NCBI RefSeq assembly: GCF_006345805.1
Contig: NW_021828992.1
Coordinates: 1-7,034 of the forward strand
DNA: 7,034 bases
DNA from: Octopus sinensis
Lineage: Eukaryota
Reading direction: 5' to 3'
The number at the start of each line of letters is the position of its first letter. Within the stretch, counting starts at the first letter, position 1. The translations under genes were made by a program, and so were the position numbers. Below, in pieces: positions 6,531-7,034 of this stretch. The notes under the pieces were generated by a model. It was not told the DNA's origin. It did not search any database and saw only the letters and a list, made by a program, of their open reading frames with translations.

Positions 6531-6900
6531 ACATATGTTACTACTTCTACGATTTTCTATAGAAATCTAGCCAGAAACAGATTTTGTTACAATATTTCAT
6601 AACCAGATGCCAGAGTAACAACAACAATGAAATCAAAGACAAAAACGGGTGATGGATGTATTTCAGGTGATGGGACATATTTAGGAAGTTTTGCTCCTTC
6701 ATCAGCACCCATCCAACCATTAATCATCCATGGACTCATTGCTTAAATAGCACTAAATACAGCAATGTAACATTGGATATATCAATTTTACACATCAAAC
6801 ATATTCCTGGGAGCTGGTATGTAAATATTAATGGCTTGTAAGGACACAGTATTTCATTATGCGACAGGATATATTACAAAGTATATTAAACATTTTTATA

Positions 6901-6970
6901 ACATCACTTGTGTAAGGTTATCTCTACAGACATTTAGAAAATCTGTACAGATAATCTTAACAAGTGATGT
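6901..6970. ncRNA. 70-nt near-perfect hairpin (pre-miRNA-like or foldback remnant)
   Basis: 28 bp in three helices (11+11+6, one G-U pair), one G bulge (6912), one C/C mismatch (6924/6948), and an 11-nt loop (6931-6941). The hairpin is certain; expression is not shown. Confidence 0.5.
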
Positions 6971-7034
6971 AAGAGCACTGCTAACACAGTAGAACATTTA
7001 CTGACTTGAAGAAACGTTTAATACACTTTGTAGT

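Noticed and set aside
1-7034. CRISPR array, prokaryotic operon, defence system, genuine tRNA or rRNA genes
   Set aside because: No regularly spaced repeat-spacer units and no intact long ORFs. The tRNA-like A/B boxes belong to SINE heads, and I could not build cloverleaves from them.

Overview
AT-rich eukaryotic non-coding DNA made mostly of nested, decayed transposable elements. The SINE and MITE sequences resemble repeats I recall from octopus genomes, so a coleoid cephalopod source is inferred, not verified. Left to right: the 5' end of a dead mariner element (minus strand, TIR plus TA); two SINE pieces; a Penelope-like element (PLE) RT fragment on the minus strand with long Asn/Ser-rich inserts; a plus-strand module (short ORF, canonical 69-nt intron-like segment, minimal type I hammerhead ribozyme, AATAAA) head-to-head with that RT, probably an inverted pseudo-LTR; a heavily deleted R4/Dong/NeSL-like (RLE-type) LINE; two tandem tRNA-derived SINEs; TA/TG microsatellites holding a mariner MITE; an unclassified repeat-like block; a minus-strand SINE; and a 70-nt pre-miRNA-like hairpin near the right end. 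No intact protein-coding gene is supported. Most ORFs in the supplied track are TE fragments or antisense shadows of TEs. I see no clearly new multi-gene system. The best leads are the hammerhead/intron module, the hairpin and the expanded PLE linkers. All translations and pairings were done by eye.
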